Part shown: positions 63,299 to 64,000 of the stretch, piece after piece | Position numbering within the stretch: position 1 is the stretch's first letter | Layout: each line of letters begins with the position of its first letter | From: a virus | Virus genome (UHGV): UHGV-0076294 | Strand: one strand, 5' to 3' | DNA length: 64,000 nucleotides | Made by a program: the position numbers and the translations under genes | Notes under the pieces: model-generated | The model's database searches: none | What the model was told of the DNA's origin: nothing | Seen by the model: the letters and a program-made list of their open reading frames with translations, nothing else

Positions 63299-63752
63299 CC
63301 AAAAAACTTCGACCTCCTCAGAGCGATTCTAACGTATTTTTAGGTCGAGGTGGTACGTTCGTATACCCTGGGTGAGTTTTTCTCGTTAGAGAGCTTCTCA
63401 GGAAGAATTTGACGGGGTTTTATTCCCTGTCGAAGAATTTATTTTAACCCAAACCGCAACAAACCCCAAAACCGGGTGCTGGGATGTCTCTGGAAACCCT
63501 ATCCGGTTGGTGATTTTTTAACCGGATTTCGTAAAACGCTCTAGAAACGATTTTAACGCGGTTTTTACCCCTACCCAGTACACTTGGGTTACCTGATCCT
63601 GTTTAGCGCGATGTGGAGCGATTGAGAAAGCGTACGACCCATTGCCGAGGGTGGGTGAGACCCGACCCTGCCACCCGACGGCCAGCCGCCGCGCCGATCA
63701 AAAAAACATTCACGCTTCGCGTACTAACGGATCAAGTGATTGGATCAACGTT

Positions 63753-63779
63753 TTGAATCTTCACACACTGAAGATTCAA
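63753..63779. repeat. perfect 11-bp hairpin TTGAATCTTCA cacac TGAAGATTCAA
   Basis: Read directly from the sequence. Confidence 0.8.
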
Positions 63780-63816
63780 GTTGAGTAGTTATCTTGCTTG
63801 GTTTTTTAAATACTCA

Positions 63817-63837
63817 CGAGAGACCTCAAGTCTCTCG
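63817..63837. repeat. perfect 8-bp hairpin CGAGAGAC ctcaa GTCTCTCG
   Basis: Read directly from the sequence. Confidence 0.8.
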
Positions 63838-63892
63838 GATCGATCTTAAAAATTTAACTCTCTCAAAAAACCTGATCTCAAAATCTCTTCCT

Positions 63893-63920
63893 TATACGCG
63901 TGTGCGTGCGCACACGTATA
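63893..63920. repeat. 28-nt perfect alternating pyrimidine-purine tract (YR)14, also an imperfect palindrome
   Basis: TATACGCGTGTGCGTGCGCACACGTATA. TATACG/CGTATA and TGTGCG/CGCACA arms. Confidence 0.85.
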
Positions 63921-63922
63921 GT

Positions 63923-63950
63923 ATAATATATTTATTTATAAATATATTAT
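63923..63950. promoter_or_regulatory. perfect 12-bp AT-only inverted repeat (ATAATATATTTA ttta TAAATATATTAT) carrying outward-facing copies of the ATATTAT promoter-like core
   Basis: Plus strand reads AAATATATTATTCC (cf. copy 1 GATATTATTCA). Minus strand reads AAATATATTATACTATACGTGTG (cf. copy 2 GATATTATTTACGTGAG). Confidence 0.4.
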
Positions 63951-64000
63951 TCCTTTAGGATCAAAATAATAATACCTTTAGGTATTATTTAATTATATAT

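Larger units (their letters stand above)
63595..63962. repeat. cluster of eight GATC sites, three of them as GGATCAA
   Basis: GATC at 63595, 63696, 63730, 63743, 63838, 63842, 63874 and 63959. About 1.4 are expected in 368 bp of random sequence. Confidence 0.7.

Noticed and set aside
165-63565. Recurrent TTTTTAACC / TTTTAAC(C/G) boxes as a second promoter class
   Set aside because: Most copies are simply the U-tract of a terminator plus flanking bases. The four copies in the ORF-free end are noted under that finding, but the motif is too short and A/T-rich to support on its own.
63893-64000. Prophage attachment site or mobile-element end at the AT-rich right edge
   Set aside because: There is no integrase, transposase, flanking direct repeat or bacterial gene anywhere in the window, and the content is that of a virulent jumbo phage.

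Overview
Dense (about 95% coding), integrase-free block of a large virulent tailed-phage genome. All calls come from reading the ORF translations and DNA by eye; no search was run. Recognisable content: (1) a 2377-aa virion-type protein with a lytic transglycosylase (SLT) domain near its C-terminal end (29287-36420, minus), head-to-head with split multisubunit RNA polymerase genes: a beta'-N fragment with a DYDGD catalytic loop (36450-38075) and a beta fragment (38079-42245). (2) A detached RNAP beta C-terminal module about 23 kb away (15063-15731). (3) A T4 gp21-type prohead protease (44821-45624), a sheath/tube-sized pair of strongly codon-biased genes (53090-50154, minus) and a T4 gp17-like large terminase (58276-60384). 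(4) A nucleic-acid metabolism set: DEDDh exonuclease, RNase HI fusion, UvsX/RecA-like ATPase, ThyA with two large insertions, MazG-like, HAD 5'-nucleotidase and HD hydrolase. This content and order match my memory of phiKZ-like jumbo phages (Chimalliviridae; the arrangement resembles enterobacterial SPN3US-like phages). About 40 further ORFs have no recognisable function, and several are tandem paralogs. Many rho-independent terminators are present, and some share identical stems. I saw no tRNA, rRNA, CRISPR array, integrase or transposase. The most interesting leads are: an apparently A/T-richer islet (23.97-25.55 kb) with a sigma-region-4-like HTH, a Lys-less P-loop protein, three tandem KGPxK mini-proteins and an untracked 47-aa acidic CxxxC peptide; a small HEPN/DUF4145-like RNKAAH protein with a C-terminal TM anchor; a NADAR (YbiA-like) protein next to a weak CYTH-like ORF (possible counter-defence genes); tandem paralogs sharing an AAHIRRAHW..W.GP C-terminal motif; a recurrent promoter-like motif GAYAGATATTAT..GTGAG; and a 750-bp ORF-free right end with a GATC cluster, a (YR)14 tract and a perfect AT palindrome carrying outward-facing copies of the promoter-like core.
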